Source: Bigelowiella natans CCMP2755 (Eukaryota; Protista; Cercozoa). Taken from it: 64,000 nucleotides of DNA. Below are positions 46,405-60,700 of this stretch, piece after piece. A model generated the notes under the pieces. It made no database searches and had not been told where the DNA came from. It was given only the letters and a program-made list of their open reading frames with translations. Location of the stretch: the NCBI GenBank assembly GCA_000320545.1, contig ADNK01000314.1, forward strand, positions 1-64,000. Reading direction: 5' to 3'. Position 1 is the first letter of the stretch. Every line of letters starts with the position of its first letter. The translations under genes were made by a program, and so were the position numbers.

Positions 46405-47636
46405 GTAGCAGGCTGGCACATGATGTGTGCTAATTCGTGAGAATCAACAGCGTTCATCCATTGAATTCGTGAGCGCGTTCGGTGAGTTTCTTTGGGGTGC
46501 GTGAAAAATCACGGCGGGCCCATCACAGCAACAAGCCTCACGTTTTGCATTGCAACGATGAATTCAGCCGATAGGGATTCCCGCGTCGATGCAAACAATG
46601 GGCACACGTGTGTGTGATGTGCATACACGTAACATGCCCAATGTCGTCCACTGTGTCCGCAGTGTAATAATTTGGAACATGAGCACGCTATGAAAATGCA
46701 GCCCCAAAGTTTGTGCGTGCGGCCGCTGCACGCAGTAAAAGTACATTCTATCTGTGCGCAGTAGGTACACTTGATGAAGCTCGCGCAAGTTCTGAGAGCT
46801 GCGAGCGGCTTTTATTGCACACGCATTTGCAAAGTCGGAACAGCCCGCAAAACCGTGCGGTGTCATGCACATGAAATTTTCTCACATTGACATGTGTCCA
46901 CGATCACACATCTTGCGCCGAGTTGTCATTGGCGGATGTCAACGTCACACCGAGACATTTGGCGTGCGATGTTGGCGAGAACGTGTGGACGACAACAATG
47001 GACAGCACAAAGCGAGACTAAATGGATCATGGTTCAAAGCCTGCCGTCCCCGCACTGCAAGCGAGTTCATTGGATGGTAGGTTACACCTAGCTAGTTTAG
47101 TTGTAAACGCACGCAAATTGATTTGTGCCATGCCATGCATCAGTTTTTTGTCTATCATCATACGGAAGATTTAAATTCTAACGGCATGATTGCACAAGTT
47201 AGGCACAATATGTCACACAAATAGACACAGTAATCCTATGTGTCGTAGAATGTGAGGAGTCTTAGAAATACCCGCAATTCGCATGACTCATAATTAAATC
47301 TGGCAATATGTAGTAATTTGTACATCAAAAATAGGCGTGGATCGATGAAGCATCACGGAAGTAACTCAATTAAGCCTTGAAATGCAAGCAACTTCCGCGC
47401 TATCGTTAGTCTTGCATATTCGATAGATAGGCATGTGATTAGTTAACTTGATGCAAAGGCGTATGAAAATCACGTCGAACATACATATATGCAAAAAGGT
47501 CACAATTCTATATCTAACTAAAACCAATTTAAAACAATTCAAACCATCTCAATGGTACGATTCCCCCCCCCCTCTCTCTACTGTGTGTTTGTATCTTGTC
47601 CAACTACTATTAGACATATTTTCCCTATATGTCGTC

Positions 47637-48152
47637 TCACTTTCCACACATGAAACACCCTCCTTTTCGGGCGCAGCCGTTACAGAGATAGGCTTCTGAC
47701 CCTCCATTTCCCATTCCAGCAGAAGAGTTGCAAAGGCAACATTTGCCAGAGTTTCTAGAAGATGCTCGCGCGCATGATTTGCACATCATAGCGGGATTAG
47801 AATTTGATGCCGACGAACTACCGCAAGCCGCACATTTCTTAGTGTTTCCTTTTGGACCATGAGCTCTGCAGTACCATGCCCGACATGTTGGTTTTGGCTG
47901 GCTGCTGCCACCATTCTGACTGCCGGAGTTCCTTGAAGCAGCCCGGGTTGGATTTAATCGACTTCCCCCGTATGTGCGCCTTGATGCGGCAGGAGTGCTT
48001 CTACTGGCCCTGCTAGCTTGTTGGTCTAGCCGGGAAGCGCATTTCTTTTCATGCGCTGTGATTTCCGCCCTCCAGCAGAATGGCTGGAGGCCTCGAATCT
48101 TCCTCTTCGTCCTTCTCTGCTGGCTTTCCCAGATCCATTTCAGCCCGTGGTA
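47637..48152 (-). CDS. PHF5A/Rds3-like zinc-cluster protein (terminal exon; 5' exon(s) uncertain, possibly up to ~48440)
   Basis: Open minus-strand frame absent from the ORF track: ..AWYCRAHGPKGNTKKCAACGSSSASNSNPAMMCKSCARASSRNSGKCCLCNSSAGMGNGGSEAYLCNGCARKGGCFMCGK*. CxxC spacing and the 'GKC..C..AY.C..C..GC' pattern resemble PHF5A. Confidence 0.7.
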   Translation of the reverse strand, partial: YHGLKWIWESQQRRTKRKIRGLQPFCWRAEITAHEKKCASRLDQQASRASRSTPAASRRTYGGSRLNPTRAASRNSGSQNGGSSQPKPTCRAWYCRAHGPKGNTKKCAACGSSSASNSNPAMMCKSCARASSRNSGKCCLCNSSAGMGNGGSEAYLCNGCARKGGCFMCGK

Positions 48153-48699
48153 CTAAAATGGCGGATTCCGACTACGACGCGTACCGAAAGACTTAGTGCC
48201 TGTAGCCATTCTGATTCGAGGACCGGTCCATGCGACTATTTCCCCTGATTTTGTTTCAGCTCCCATCCTTGCCCCCCTATTTCGTCCGTTTCGTTTTGAA
48301 ATATTTGAGAACGGTCCAAGCGTTTCTTAAAATTGACGTGCTAAAGCGCTAGAGACTGGACGAATTCGGTAAAAAATACCTTGAATTTTTTCCGTCAAGC
48401 CATCGAACACAATTATTACAGTGTATTTTAGATCTATCCATACAGGCTTGTACATTATTCGAGTTTCCGCAGCTCCGCAGCCTAGATCTAGATCTATTTC
48501 TAATGATCTAGATCTACAGGCCTGTACGAGTGATTTTCTTTTTTGGGCCTTGTCGTTGTACGAGTTCTTCAGTTGAATTTTGAAGTTGGCAAAGAAAAGG
48601 CACCGAAAAGAACGTGAATCACTTTCAATGCTGGAGAGTCTCTCGAGATCCTCCTCCTAATCTCTCGGCTCTACGTCGATACTTCCAATACGGTAATCA

Positions 48700-50658
48700 C
48701 ATTTCTCTGATGATGTCCAGTCCATGAATGTCTCTCAAAAAGTAACAGACTGGTAACTGTGGAAGCAGGAATCGATTTGTCTTCTTCTATTCATTTAGGA
48801 AACCTTCTGTTCAGCCGCGTAGCCCCAATCCGCCATGACCCCCATCTCCACAAACAATGCTGTTCAAGTTTGAGTAGGGGTCTCCATCAAACATGTCAGG
48901 CTGGTATTTTTGGGGAAAGGTCATCATTTTGTACATTGAGGTCAGGCTCGCGTGTAAAAATGTCTTTTCCATCAGCCGAAGCCTCAGCTTGCGGATCCGA
49001 TAGAAGTTTCATATCCAAAAATTGCGATCACCCCTAGAGATGATCCGCAAGCAGATCTTAAAATTACCGGTACACCGCACAAGCCACTTCAGAAGGGTAT
49101 TCCAACCATTGAGGAGAAAAAGGAAGACCATAAAAAACGTGCTCGGCCAAAGCTTCTGAAGAGTGTGAAACATCTCTTCAAAGACTGTGAGCCCGGACTT
49201 CATTTTCTCGAGGAAGGTTTGACACCGGCGGAAAGAAAACCATCAGGGTTCCATGTTATCGTGGTCGAAAGCAACGATCCCGTATACATAACGCACATGA
49301 GATTGAAATTATTAAGCCCAGTCGAATCGTGTCAAGTTTTCCTAACCAAGGACTACACCAACGCCAAGAAGATTTGCTCCGAATTGGAAAATGAAACCTC
49401 CGTATTTCATGAGGTCACTTCTGTCCATTGTTGATCGACTGGCCTGACTAACTACATGCTATATTTAGAATCACCAAAAATGGAAAAACAAGCCTGGAAC
49501 ACGGTTAGCAGTATGGAAAATAAAGCGTAGAGATCCAATAAAATGTATAGTCTTTAAAATTTGCATGGAGAAGGACCACTGGCAAAGTAGCAGGTTCTCT
49601 CTGGTGCCAACTAAGTCTGTCAGTCATATATTTTTGGTTGGTATGGAAAAAGCAGAGTTGGATTCCGACCCTGAAAAGGCTAAAATGGAGTTAAAAGCAA
49701 TCATAGATGAAGAAAGAGATCGCTTCTCTCAGCATAAATCTATACGTAAAGGTTATTCCACGGATCATGAGGAGGTGTTTGCTGGGATAAAAAGGCGCAC
49801 ACCGATTCTCCGAGATTACTCCAAACTCGCTAGTCACATGGGCACGAAAGATAAGATAATTTTCCTCATTGAGAACGAAGGAAAAAATAGAGAAGAAATA
49901 TCATCAAAGTTGAAAGAAGAAATATCATCAAAGTTGAAAGAAGCAATGAATCGAGCAATCGATCATCGAGTTTTCTTCTCTGCAGTGTTTAGAGTGAATA
50001 CGAAAGTTCTTGAGAAGAACTGTGACTCCGACTCTTGTGACTCCGACTCTCGAACGATGCTGAAGATAGCCAAAAGGATACTTAAAGGAGCTCCTAGCTC
50101 TATTGACAAAGACGGCATCATTCTATGCATGTCCCAGGGAAAAGACGATAATAATTTTGGTACTTACGATAAAATCACGTACTCTCCTACGAATGTTCAA
50201 ACTGCGGGCGAGATCCCTGAACGCTTGATGGAACTTGCCAAACATGAGAGTGAGAGCGATAGCGTACTTCCAGTGAACGTGCTTTATCATGGAGGAATTC
50301 ATGCCTCGGATAAGGTAGCTGGACGTGTTCGAATGTGTGCGCTTTTGTTGGGGGGGGGGGGGGATTGTATTTGTTCGGAAAGATAGAGATAGAGGGTGAT
50401 CGTTCTCTGCGTCAGTATTAACGAAAGTCCTCGTGAAAAGGGTGACCTCGGTGAAGGCATAGAAAGTTTGACAAGGGAAAATTTCGAGGAGAAACTCTTA
50501 AAAAAAGGCGGCCATACCTTGCTCTTTGTTGGTCGCAATTTCACACATATTTCACACACACCAAAAACACAGACATCAAAATTCTGACAATTTTGGGATG
50601 CTGTATATAATTGTACATAAAAGTACACCCGGACACTCTGCATACTGCGTACAAAATA

Positions 50659-50726
<68 letters not shown>

Positions 50727-50828
50727 AACGCATATTTGGGTAAAAAGACATAATATAATTGATGTGTAGTATACATGTATGTTCCTCCTTTTCTGCATAG
50801 ATACAATAATACCCTCTTACAGCATCTC

Positions 50829-50863
<35 letters not shown>

Positions 50864-53800
50864 CCTCTCTCTATTTGCCCTTGTTACTGTTTTCGTGTTC
50901 CACATTCGTCTTTGTTAGGAACATCTCGGAACGACGAGAGTGTCACGCGCATCGTCTCTCAAATCGAAACGATATTAGCTGGGGCTATTAAAGCTGGGGA
51001 TATACGATTTGCAAGGTAACGAAGAGCCACCCTGTGACAAAGAGATAAGAATTTATGGAAAGGATTTACTGTGCTAAGATCATCTTTTGTCGATATCGAT
51101 GCTTCCTGGAAAGCCTTCATTGCTTGTTTTTGGTCAACAGACTTGATATCGTGGATGGGTTCCCTAAAAGAGTATCCAGGCTTAGGTCTGCTCTTTATCG
51201 TCATCGCTCTTGCTGTTGTGGGCCATAGTATTCTCTCTGTATATCCTGTTGAATAGTTATTTTCTTTGTGTATCCTAGTGATATTGCATCTAAGTAGTAC
51301 CCCGTCTGCTTCTTTCCCTCTTACATAGAATACCTAGGTATCTATCGAAGAATCTCAGCTCCAAAGATTGGCGCCATGAGGACATATTCCCTACTTTGGT
51401 CTGGTATAAGGACGGAACTATCGATAAGGTAGGCGTGGTTTGATGATCTGTACAATGCTTGTTGCCAATGTCGCATCACACAAGATCAATGGTGTACCAC
51501 CCATAAAACGGCCATATCATCACCTTCCTCAATGGTTGTATCTTAGAAAAGAACGGCAGCACTGATGACCTTGCTGAAGGAGAAGAATGAATTAGAGCTG
51601 TCTTCACCAAAGAGAATTATTAGAGTTGAGACTGACCCCGGTTTGGATGACCCTGAATCTGCCCCCCGAAAGAAAACGGCATCTCAAGGAGAACAAAACT
51701 TGGCGCAGGGCTTGTCAAGAATGATTCTAAATTGTAGGGGATATATGAAATCATCCAATAATGCAAATACAACTTTTCGGATATCACAAACACCATAGAA
51801 CACCACGCATTGCCAGCTTGTTCACTAAAATGATTCATTGTTTAAAGCTGATCCCAAACTGCTGTATGGCGTTACCGACTATGCTACACGCATAACCAGC
51901 GATGCGCACGTGGTAGGCTGCTGTTTCAAAATTTAAAACTATGGCGATACCGATATGATAGTCGTGTGAATTGTGGTCGAGGTTCTTTTTGTTAAGAAGA
52001 TTAAGAAGAAGGACGATGCTGAAGGCGAGGTGCAGGAGGAGGAGGAGGAGGAGGAGGAGGAGGAGGATGCTAAACACAGGAAGGATGTAAACATTTGAAT
52101 ACAAGTAATGTGTACGCACTGGCTGGCTCCTAAAATCCTATGTTAAAACGCAGATACAGCAAGTGTTCTCGGAGATGGCGGAGGAATTAACGGTTCAAGG
52201 TGAGCCTGGATTATATATGTCTGAATTACATGAGGACGTCAAAATGAGACCGTTCCTAAGACAAAGAAGCCGCTCGATGCAATGTAGAAGAAAAATCGAA
52301 ATAGGAAGAGTCAGAGCGACATCTCTACGACGAGCCCCTAGTAGTGATGACGATGGTAATGACTGCGATGCTGCTTTGAAGAGGCCTTGGAACGATGAAG
52401 ATTCCTTCAACCGAAGCACGGATGGCAAAACTATATTCGACAGATCAATTTCAGAGTTTTCGCCTCCTTCAAATAGAAAAGGAGGACGAGTCCGTCTACG
52501 GTTTGGGGGAGGCACTAACAGTACGACACACAAAAGATCTGCTTCTTCCGGTTCCAGACCTTCCCGTAGCAACAAGCAAGGGAACATCTTTAATGATCGG
52601 AAGCGGCATGGAATTTGGCCGCCTCGGAAAAGTATGCATACTTTCATAGTCTTCTGAGCTATATGATGATTTTTGTTGTGTATGGATGATTAAGCACTGG
52701 AACTCATTACGCTTCTTATTTAGGGGAGGCGAAAACCACCGCCACCACCACCGGAAGCAGCACCAGCACCACCAACAGCAACAGTGCCGTCCCGTTCCCC
52801 CCCAGCAGCAAGAGCGTCGACGACGCTGAAACTGCTACCCCCCCGTCGAATTTTCGGGGGTTCGGTTTAGGCGCGAGGGTGGTCTCCCCAGCAGCGAAAG
52901 GCATATCACCAAAAGAGATAAAACGGACCCTTGTTGACCCACCGGAAACCAAGGTCCCTGCTGTCCCTCCTAGTAAGCACACCCCCCCCCCCCCCCCCCG
53001 AGATCAAGATCAAATCGCAAAAATCCTCCATGAAATTGACGTTTCACAAGCTTTCTCCTAGCCATCCAGGTATAGTAGGGATTTGTGGAACGAGGAGGGG
53101 GGGGATGGGAACGACATGATTCGGCATCTCTTTCTCTGCCCGTTCTTTTGTGAATAGCTAGAGTTTTCATGCTGTCCTTTTGAGCCGTCACCAATGAACT
53201 TTACGCTACGGCTTTTCAATATACTCTTCAGAGTTTCAAAAACTCCTCAAGTCTATCCCTGAGGCGCCGGATACAAACAAGTGCCCAGTTCTTGCTATAT
53301 TTCACAGTGTGAAGACGGGAAGTAAACCCGCAACCCTTAAGTATTTGTGCGATAAAAATGGAAAGGAACTCAACAAAGAGCAACTTGACGCATTTCTTCA
53401 AGCATTTCAAGAAGGTAATAGTTTCTAGGAGTAGCCAGCACCTTTTAGGTGGAGGTCGTTGAGCTGCGATGAATGAGCCCTCATTCCTGCGCTCAAATAG
53501 GCAAATTAGACCCCAACCTACGAAGCCAAACCAAAAAAGACCTGGAGGCTGAGATCGGGAAAGACCTTCAAGAAGACCCTGAAAGCAAAGACGGGGAGAA
53601 CAGGATTATGTTCGAAAATACTGGTGTCTTCCATGCGACTGGCAAAAACTTAATTGGCATCAACAAAAGGGTATGGAATAGAGAACCATCTCCCCACCCA
53701 CAATGCCCCGCGAGCACTAAGTGTGACGATTTGTGCTCGTCAGACTTCTGAACGTTAGTTGTACCATGATAATAACCATCACAGCATCATTGCGTTCTCA

Positions 53801-54004
53801 TTGCGTACTCCCAAGCCGACAAAGAGAAAGAGGAAGCCCGCATCACGTTGCTTCAGCTTGCAACAGCAATAAAGGCGTTTCCAATTATGGCACAAGAAGT
53901 GCGAGTCGTGGGATTCGATATCAGCGCAAACGAGTACGTTTACCTTCGCAATACCTGATGATGTATACTCCTCATTTCTCCTTCTCTCAATTACATCTGG
54001 TCCC

Positions 54005-54053
<49 letters not shown>

Positions 54054-54681
54054 CATGCAAAGAATATACGTGTATGGACATGGAGACTGATCGGAAACCT
54101 AACCACAATATTCTGCGCGATGTTTCTTCGCTTTCTCATAACAGCATCAATCCCCACATTCGCTTGAAGGAGGAGAAAGAGGGCTTTAGTGTTCTATGGC
54201 TCAAGAAAGGAACTGACTGTGAGTACAACACGTAGCAGTATAACTTGCCTTCGAGGAATTAACAAGCCTACTTTCATCTTGTATGCAGATGAATCTAAAG
54301 CAAATCCCGAAGAGCTCGACGCTCCCGGAAAGGATTTCAACTTTGAAAAATGGAGTAAAATTGTCCAAAACCATAAGAATCCTTTCGTCGAGATTCCGGT
54401 CGCTTATTATTCGATTCTCATCGATCGAAAACAATATTGACACGACGTGCAACAGCATTTGCCATGACATTGACACGGAGATAATTTTTGTCACTCCTTC
54501 TCAAAGGAATGGGCGCCAGCAATTTTACATTCTGGAAGCGTGAAGGGTTTGCTTTACGATGATACACCATATACAATATATAGACGGCGAAAACGAGGAA
54601 AATTCTGCGATGGGTTCTCGCAAAGATGGAGGTGACGTTCATCACATTCCTCTCACACATTTCAATTTTGAAGTAGTACTG

Positions 54682-54725
<44 letters not shown>

Positions 54726-55860
54726 ATCCTTCCCCCGGTGATGCAGAGGCACAACCTTCCCGACCTTGTGGAACGATTTAAGAAAGAATTCGTGAGGCGT
54801 GCCATACGGGGGCGCTTAATCGAGGCGCTTAACCGATCAAGCAAAGATCCAGAGAAGCAACTGGGGGAGATAAAAGTAATTTTTCTAATTATTTCAAGTT
54901 AGTTGGTGCGATCTAACCTTTGTAAATATTGTAGACAAAGATCGAGGCCCAGGAAGGATACGACATTGCCAAGATCACGAATGGTAGGCCTCCATAAGTG
55001 CGCGCGTTATTTTGAAACGCCCATATTCCATACAGTCTTCTTCTTCTTCTTCTTCTTCTTCTTCTTCTTCTTCTTCTTCGTCTTCTCCAAATACATGAAT
55101 ATGCATGTGTGTATCTCTGTACGGGGCGCCAGATGTAAACACGACGTGGATAACGCATCTATTCTTGGAGGAAGAAATCTTCCGAAACTACAAGGAGGAC
55201 ACACGCAGCGTTGGGTCGAGTCCTCCGATTGACGCTGTCGCTATTGGTAGTCAATGATAGATAAGCCAACTCGTGGCAAACACCCCATCGTAACTCTAAG
55301 TTTCATGCTGATACTTACAAATAGTAATCTCGTTATAACTATAATAAGGGATCATACGGAACCCGAATAATAGCGACAAGAAGACGAACCCAGGTAATAA
55401 TGCGGAGTATTAGAGAAGGGGGGGGGGTTCATGGGAATGACAGCAATGGCGATAACGCTCGCAAAAGAAACAACGCGACCACCCCTTATTCGGATCTAAA
55501 AAAAAAAGGTTTTCTTCTCTATATTTCCTCTATATATTTCACAGGAAACCTTAATGAATTCGAAGATAAGAAGCATTCACTTCATGTTAAGCGTTCGCAT
55601 CGGGTGAAGCAGGACCGGCGTTCGCATCGGGTGAAGCAGGACCGGGAAGACGACTTTTTGAAAGGAATAATCGAGAATCTCAAGCACTGCGAAACTGTAG
55701 AGGATTTTAAAGATAAATTCAATATATCGAAGAGAAATACTAGTCCGGTTACTAGTCGGTTATCTGAAAGCGATAACTTCTGGATATTACAAAGTATGTG
55801 ATAGTAAGATAATAAAACCCAGTTTTATATTATATTGTACACACGCACACACACACACAC

Positions 55861-55902
<42 letters not shown>

Positions 55903-56439
55903 AAATGTACATAAAGTATGCATTGAATACAGATAAATAAATAGATGATTATTATTTATGTGCGGTGTGTGTCGTCGTATGTGTTGTTGTCGCCATGTGT
56001 GTCCTCAGCCCCTGAAGAAAGGGAGGAGACTGTCTCTCGATTTCACCAAAAGAACGTTACATTTGGGTACGCTTCTTCGCTAATTCTTATTTCTGAATTT
56101 TGTATCATCTTGTAAGCCTACTCACGATTTTGATTTTAAAGAACCGAGCCCGTGCTTGATGCCCAGTGGGAGCTTGAAAAACTCCGAAGACCTTCACACA
56201 GGTAAGAGAATTGTCGCAGTAGTTGCTAACCAAAAATTCCAAGAAGGAGAATAATGTCGTGTGAGCCTTCCCCTTGATCCGAGGCCGTATTATTTCCACG
56301 ATAACACCAGAATATGTCCCACGGACACGAAAAGGAAGAAAGGGTACCCAAACCTGTACCCAATGAATGAGGACAACCTCTCTTCAAAACAAGAGCCTAA
56401 ACAAGTGCCTAAAGCCCCGTTCGGAGTAATACAGGTGGG

Positions 56440-56480
<41 letters not shown>

Positions 56481-56612
56481 TTAAGATCGAATTCGTATAA
56501 TTATTTTTTACAACCCAAACCTTCTCTGACAGCATAATGTCATGTCCACAACTTACACTCCAACTCGCATATTCGCATGCCGGCACAAAATGGCCACATA
56601 CTTTACATAAAT

Positions 56613-56647
<35 letters not shown>

Positions 56648-56678
56648 CACATATAAAATATCTATATAATGTACATAA

Positions 56679-56746
<68 letters not shown>

Positions 56747-56952
56747 ATACATTGATTTTTTTATTTAAAAATGTGATTCCGCACGTGGACACAGAACGTT
56801 CTTGCGACGTTCAGGATGTCGAAAACGCCTGCTGTAGCCTTGGATGGCGAAGAAAGCAAAGTTATAAACCAAGATGCCGAATATGAGGGAAAAGTGGACT
56901 ATGTTAGCGCGTAATATATACATCTTCACACACACACACACACACACACATG

Positions 56953-56987
<35 letters not shown>

Positions 56988-56994
56988 TATAAAT

Positions 56995-57036
<42 letters not shown>

Positions 57037-57723
57037 TTTCGTTAAAATATACAGATTGTACATAATTCAACACATTTATCACGAAAAATATACTTGGTGT
57101 GCCTTCTTTGATTATTCTATTCGAAACCAAAAGTTGATGACGTTTGCTACTACACATCCACAGCGTTCGGTTGCATGGGCCACACCATGCATTTTCTCTC
57201 GAAGACAAAGACCTTGTTTACATAAAGTACAAGTCTCGTCGAGCCCTTCCTAGCATACTGGAGCTTCGGCTCGAGCCTGGTGACGTGGTGCTGGTGAAAC
57301 CTTTAATGCGTTTCAAGAGGACGTCAGGATTCGCTGAAAGGGACGCCAATCCAGGGGACAGCTCGCACAATCATGAAGTGGCATGGAACTCAGAGGAGAT
57401 CAGAACGTGTAAAGACCGCATCTTTAAGAGCATTCGCCTTCTGGGGATTCGGTTTTCTTCCCATGAGGAAATACTAAAGCCCCCTCCCCTCGACACCCCG
57501 AAGCTCTTCTTTAGTAAGAAAAGTAAAGGGGATCAAAGTAAAGGGGATCAAGAGGGTTACTGTAAATTCTCTACGATTTGGGACTTCGGGCTTTACAGCG
57601 AACGCGTGCTCTCAAATATCAACAAACAGCTTGACATGCATCCGCTGGTCACCTATGCGGGATTGCAGGTTCACATCCTTCGGATCCCGCAGATAAAGGC
57701 TAATTCCTTCTGGGCAAAAAGGG

Positions 57724-57778
<55 letters not shown>

Positions 57779-60700
57779 CGTGTGTGTGTGTGTGTGTGTG
57801 TCAGAGAGAAAGAGGGAGAGAGAGTGTATATGTGGTTGCAGATATGATTTATGGCAAAATCACATTGCTTTGCTAACACCATGGCCCCCAGCACTGGGGC
57901 TAAATAAGGAATGACATAAGCAGCTCTCTCCTTTCAGCTAATAAACTGTTCATCCTATGCTGTTTGTACTTTCTCGTTTCTTTGCTGCAGCTCCTGGTGA
58001 AATTCCGCCAGATAGCAAATATGTACATCCCGAGGGTTGAGTCGCGGCGAGGAAACTCTGACTTAACCGACGTTCGCCACATATTCCTCGTCGAGCTGGG
58101 GCATGCCGCAGGGTTCGAAACTGTGACCAACGGTCACACTTATAAGATAGAGACAGCGGAGAAAGCGGAGTTTGACGCCGACGACATCAAGAAATTTTTG
58201 GAAGACTCCCAGGGCAGCGCTGAGGAGGACACCCTGGCTGGGTGCTCTTACCAGGAGGACAAAAATTATTACCAATGGACAAATGGCTCTAGAGACCTCA
58301 GGATCGGTTACGAAGATAAGCTCGTGCTCATCCACTCGGATAACGATTACAGCAAAGCCATCAAGGAGATTGTGCTGGACGTGGCCAAGGTACTCAAGTC
58401 TTTGAACAAGCGCGATCCGAAGATCTACCTCATCAACATCGACAAATGCGTCTTGCCCATCTACCTGTCCTCGAATCTGCCGGTCGGAATTCCTCCCTAC
58501 TTACTACGAATAGAACGGTATCGTGTGAAACACTACTTCAACGACAAACCCGAGAAGAAGTGGCAAGGCGAAACAACGGCTTCCCAAATGGCGAAGTTCC
58601 TAAGGAGAGAATCCCAAATGGGAGAGACAGCGAAAACACCGCCCCCGCGGGAGACGTATATCTCCGAGAAGCACCTCAAGATTGACTTCAACAGTCTGTT
58701 CAAATTCGTGGTGAAGGACAAGAAAGAAATCAACGCAGCTAGGAGGATGCACCCTAAATATTTCAAGAGGGGGCAAAAGAAGCAAGAAACGTGGCAGTTT
58801 GAAGGCGATCTTTCCATCACCAGAGGTTTGCTATGCGAGCTACTGGTGGACTACTGCTGCGAAGACCAGCTGAAGGTGTTTAGCGATCGCCACATCCTTT
58901 CATTTGCCCGTCCGGGCTCATTCTCCATTAAGAAGACATCATCAGAGGAGTTTGTCCATACGTGGGAGGAGACGCATGCCTTCCAGAAGATGAGGCTTAT
59001 CCTGCGGAAAATTTTGAGCAGCAAGATGGCAAAGAAAGCCATGAGTATTGCAATGATGCGTGTAGACGTCGATCATTCGTCGGAATTGAGCTCTGAGGAG
59101 ATTGCGTGCCTTCTGCATCTCGTTATCCTGCCGATCTTGACGAACCCTAAGGATAAGGAAAAGGAGCTGCCTAATGTTTGTGCAACTAATCCCTTCATTT
59201 TTCTTCTACTTTTTTCATCTGTTAAAAATAATTTCGCCCTGATGCTGAATTAAATAAATGCATGGCAAACACATCAGGTGATATCCACTGTTCTTCGGTG
59301 GTACGATTCGGATAACGATGTCCACGAGTTCATCGGGGAACGGAAGAAAAATTTTTGGATCCGTAGCCTAATTTACGTCGTTCTTCTGGCCGGGGATTTT
59401 CACAAACGTGTCACTAAATCTAAAGATAAAGCAGATGAAGCACTCGAAAACAAAGCGACAGAACAAGAAACTGATGAATATGAAGGCATGTATAAACGGA
59501 TAACGGGCGCGGACAACGTTCCGTGGTATCAAGTCTCGCAACTATTTTTATGGCTCGAACAGCTCGCGAACGCAGAAAACAAAGCCTATGACACCAGCCC
59601 CGCCATCAGCTTCTGGGACGTGTTTCATCAAATTTGGATCACGATCATATGCCCGTTCCTTCTGCCGTACGTGCGTTTCTTGGAGGTATGGTGTAGCCCT
59701 GGATGGGAGACGAATTGGAACCGATCGCTCTTGGAGCTGCTCTTCGTCGTTGGGTCGTTCCCGGCTCTCTGCATGCCGTTGGTGTCATTGGGTGTGTGGA
59801 TTGCAACCCCTAAAGACACGGCCTTGACTGCGGTCGACGGGCTAGGCCCAATCGTTGTGCTCTATCTTTTTTGCTACATGTCGGTGAAGGAACTCTTGAG
59901 CGGCGAGCTGAAGAAACACGTTCCAGGATTTATCCTTGACAGGCTCGATCAGGGCCAGCGGCGGTTCAACTTCAGTAAGGAGATCATAAGGGAGAACGTC
60001 TCCACGTATTTCAACGACGTGGAGATCTTGCAGAGGGGGGACGATGCCGACCCCGCAAACGACGAAGCAAGCTGGAGCTCCGACAGCGAAGATTCTGATG
60101 AAGAGCAGCAGGACGTGGCGATAAATCTCAAGGGCGCGCGTGTAGGAGATGTTCAGAAAATTCACATCAACGTCCGTGATGTCGTGGAAAAATTCGAAAC
60201 TCAAATGCGCGAATACAACACGAAGGATAAAGTGGAAAAAGCGGGGTGCTGGTGCGAGAAACCGGTGGTGTATATTTACGCTACCATTCCTGCACTAATT
60301 GGTGCCCTTTGCCCTGCCGTCTCACGCACTCTCTTGGGCCGTGAGTTCCTCGGTGGAGAGTCAAAGAAGGAAGCTATCGTGGCTGTTACATGGATTATTT
60401 GCGGGGTGAGGATTGATTAGCAGCAAATATGTACTTTATATGCATTGTAGTTTGACTCGTGTATTTCCTCACTTCCGGAGGTCAGTTCCTGAAGACATAT
60501 GGACACCTGTTTTCGCTAAACTTTGGAGAGACTAAGAAAGTTGTGATACTACCTTTACAGTTTATTGGGGTTTTACTTACGTGCTTGCGGCTTAACGAGT
60601 GGATGAAGACCGCGTATTCGGCATTGTAATGATGATAAGTGTGAGCTGCCTTTTTTTAACATAGCTACCGCTGCTGCTTCAATGGAATATTTCAATCCAT

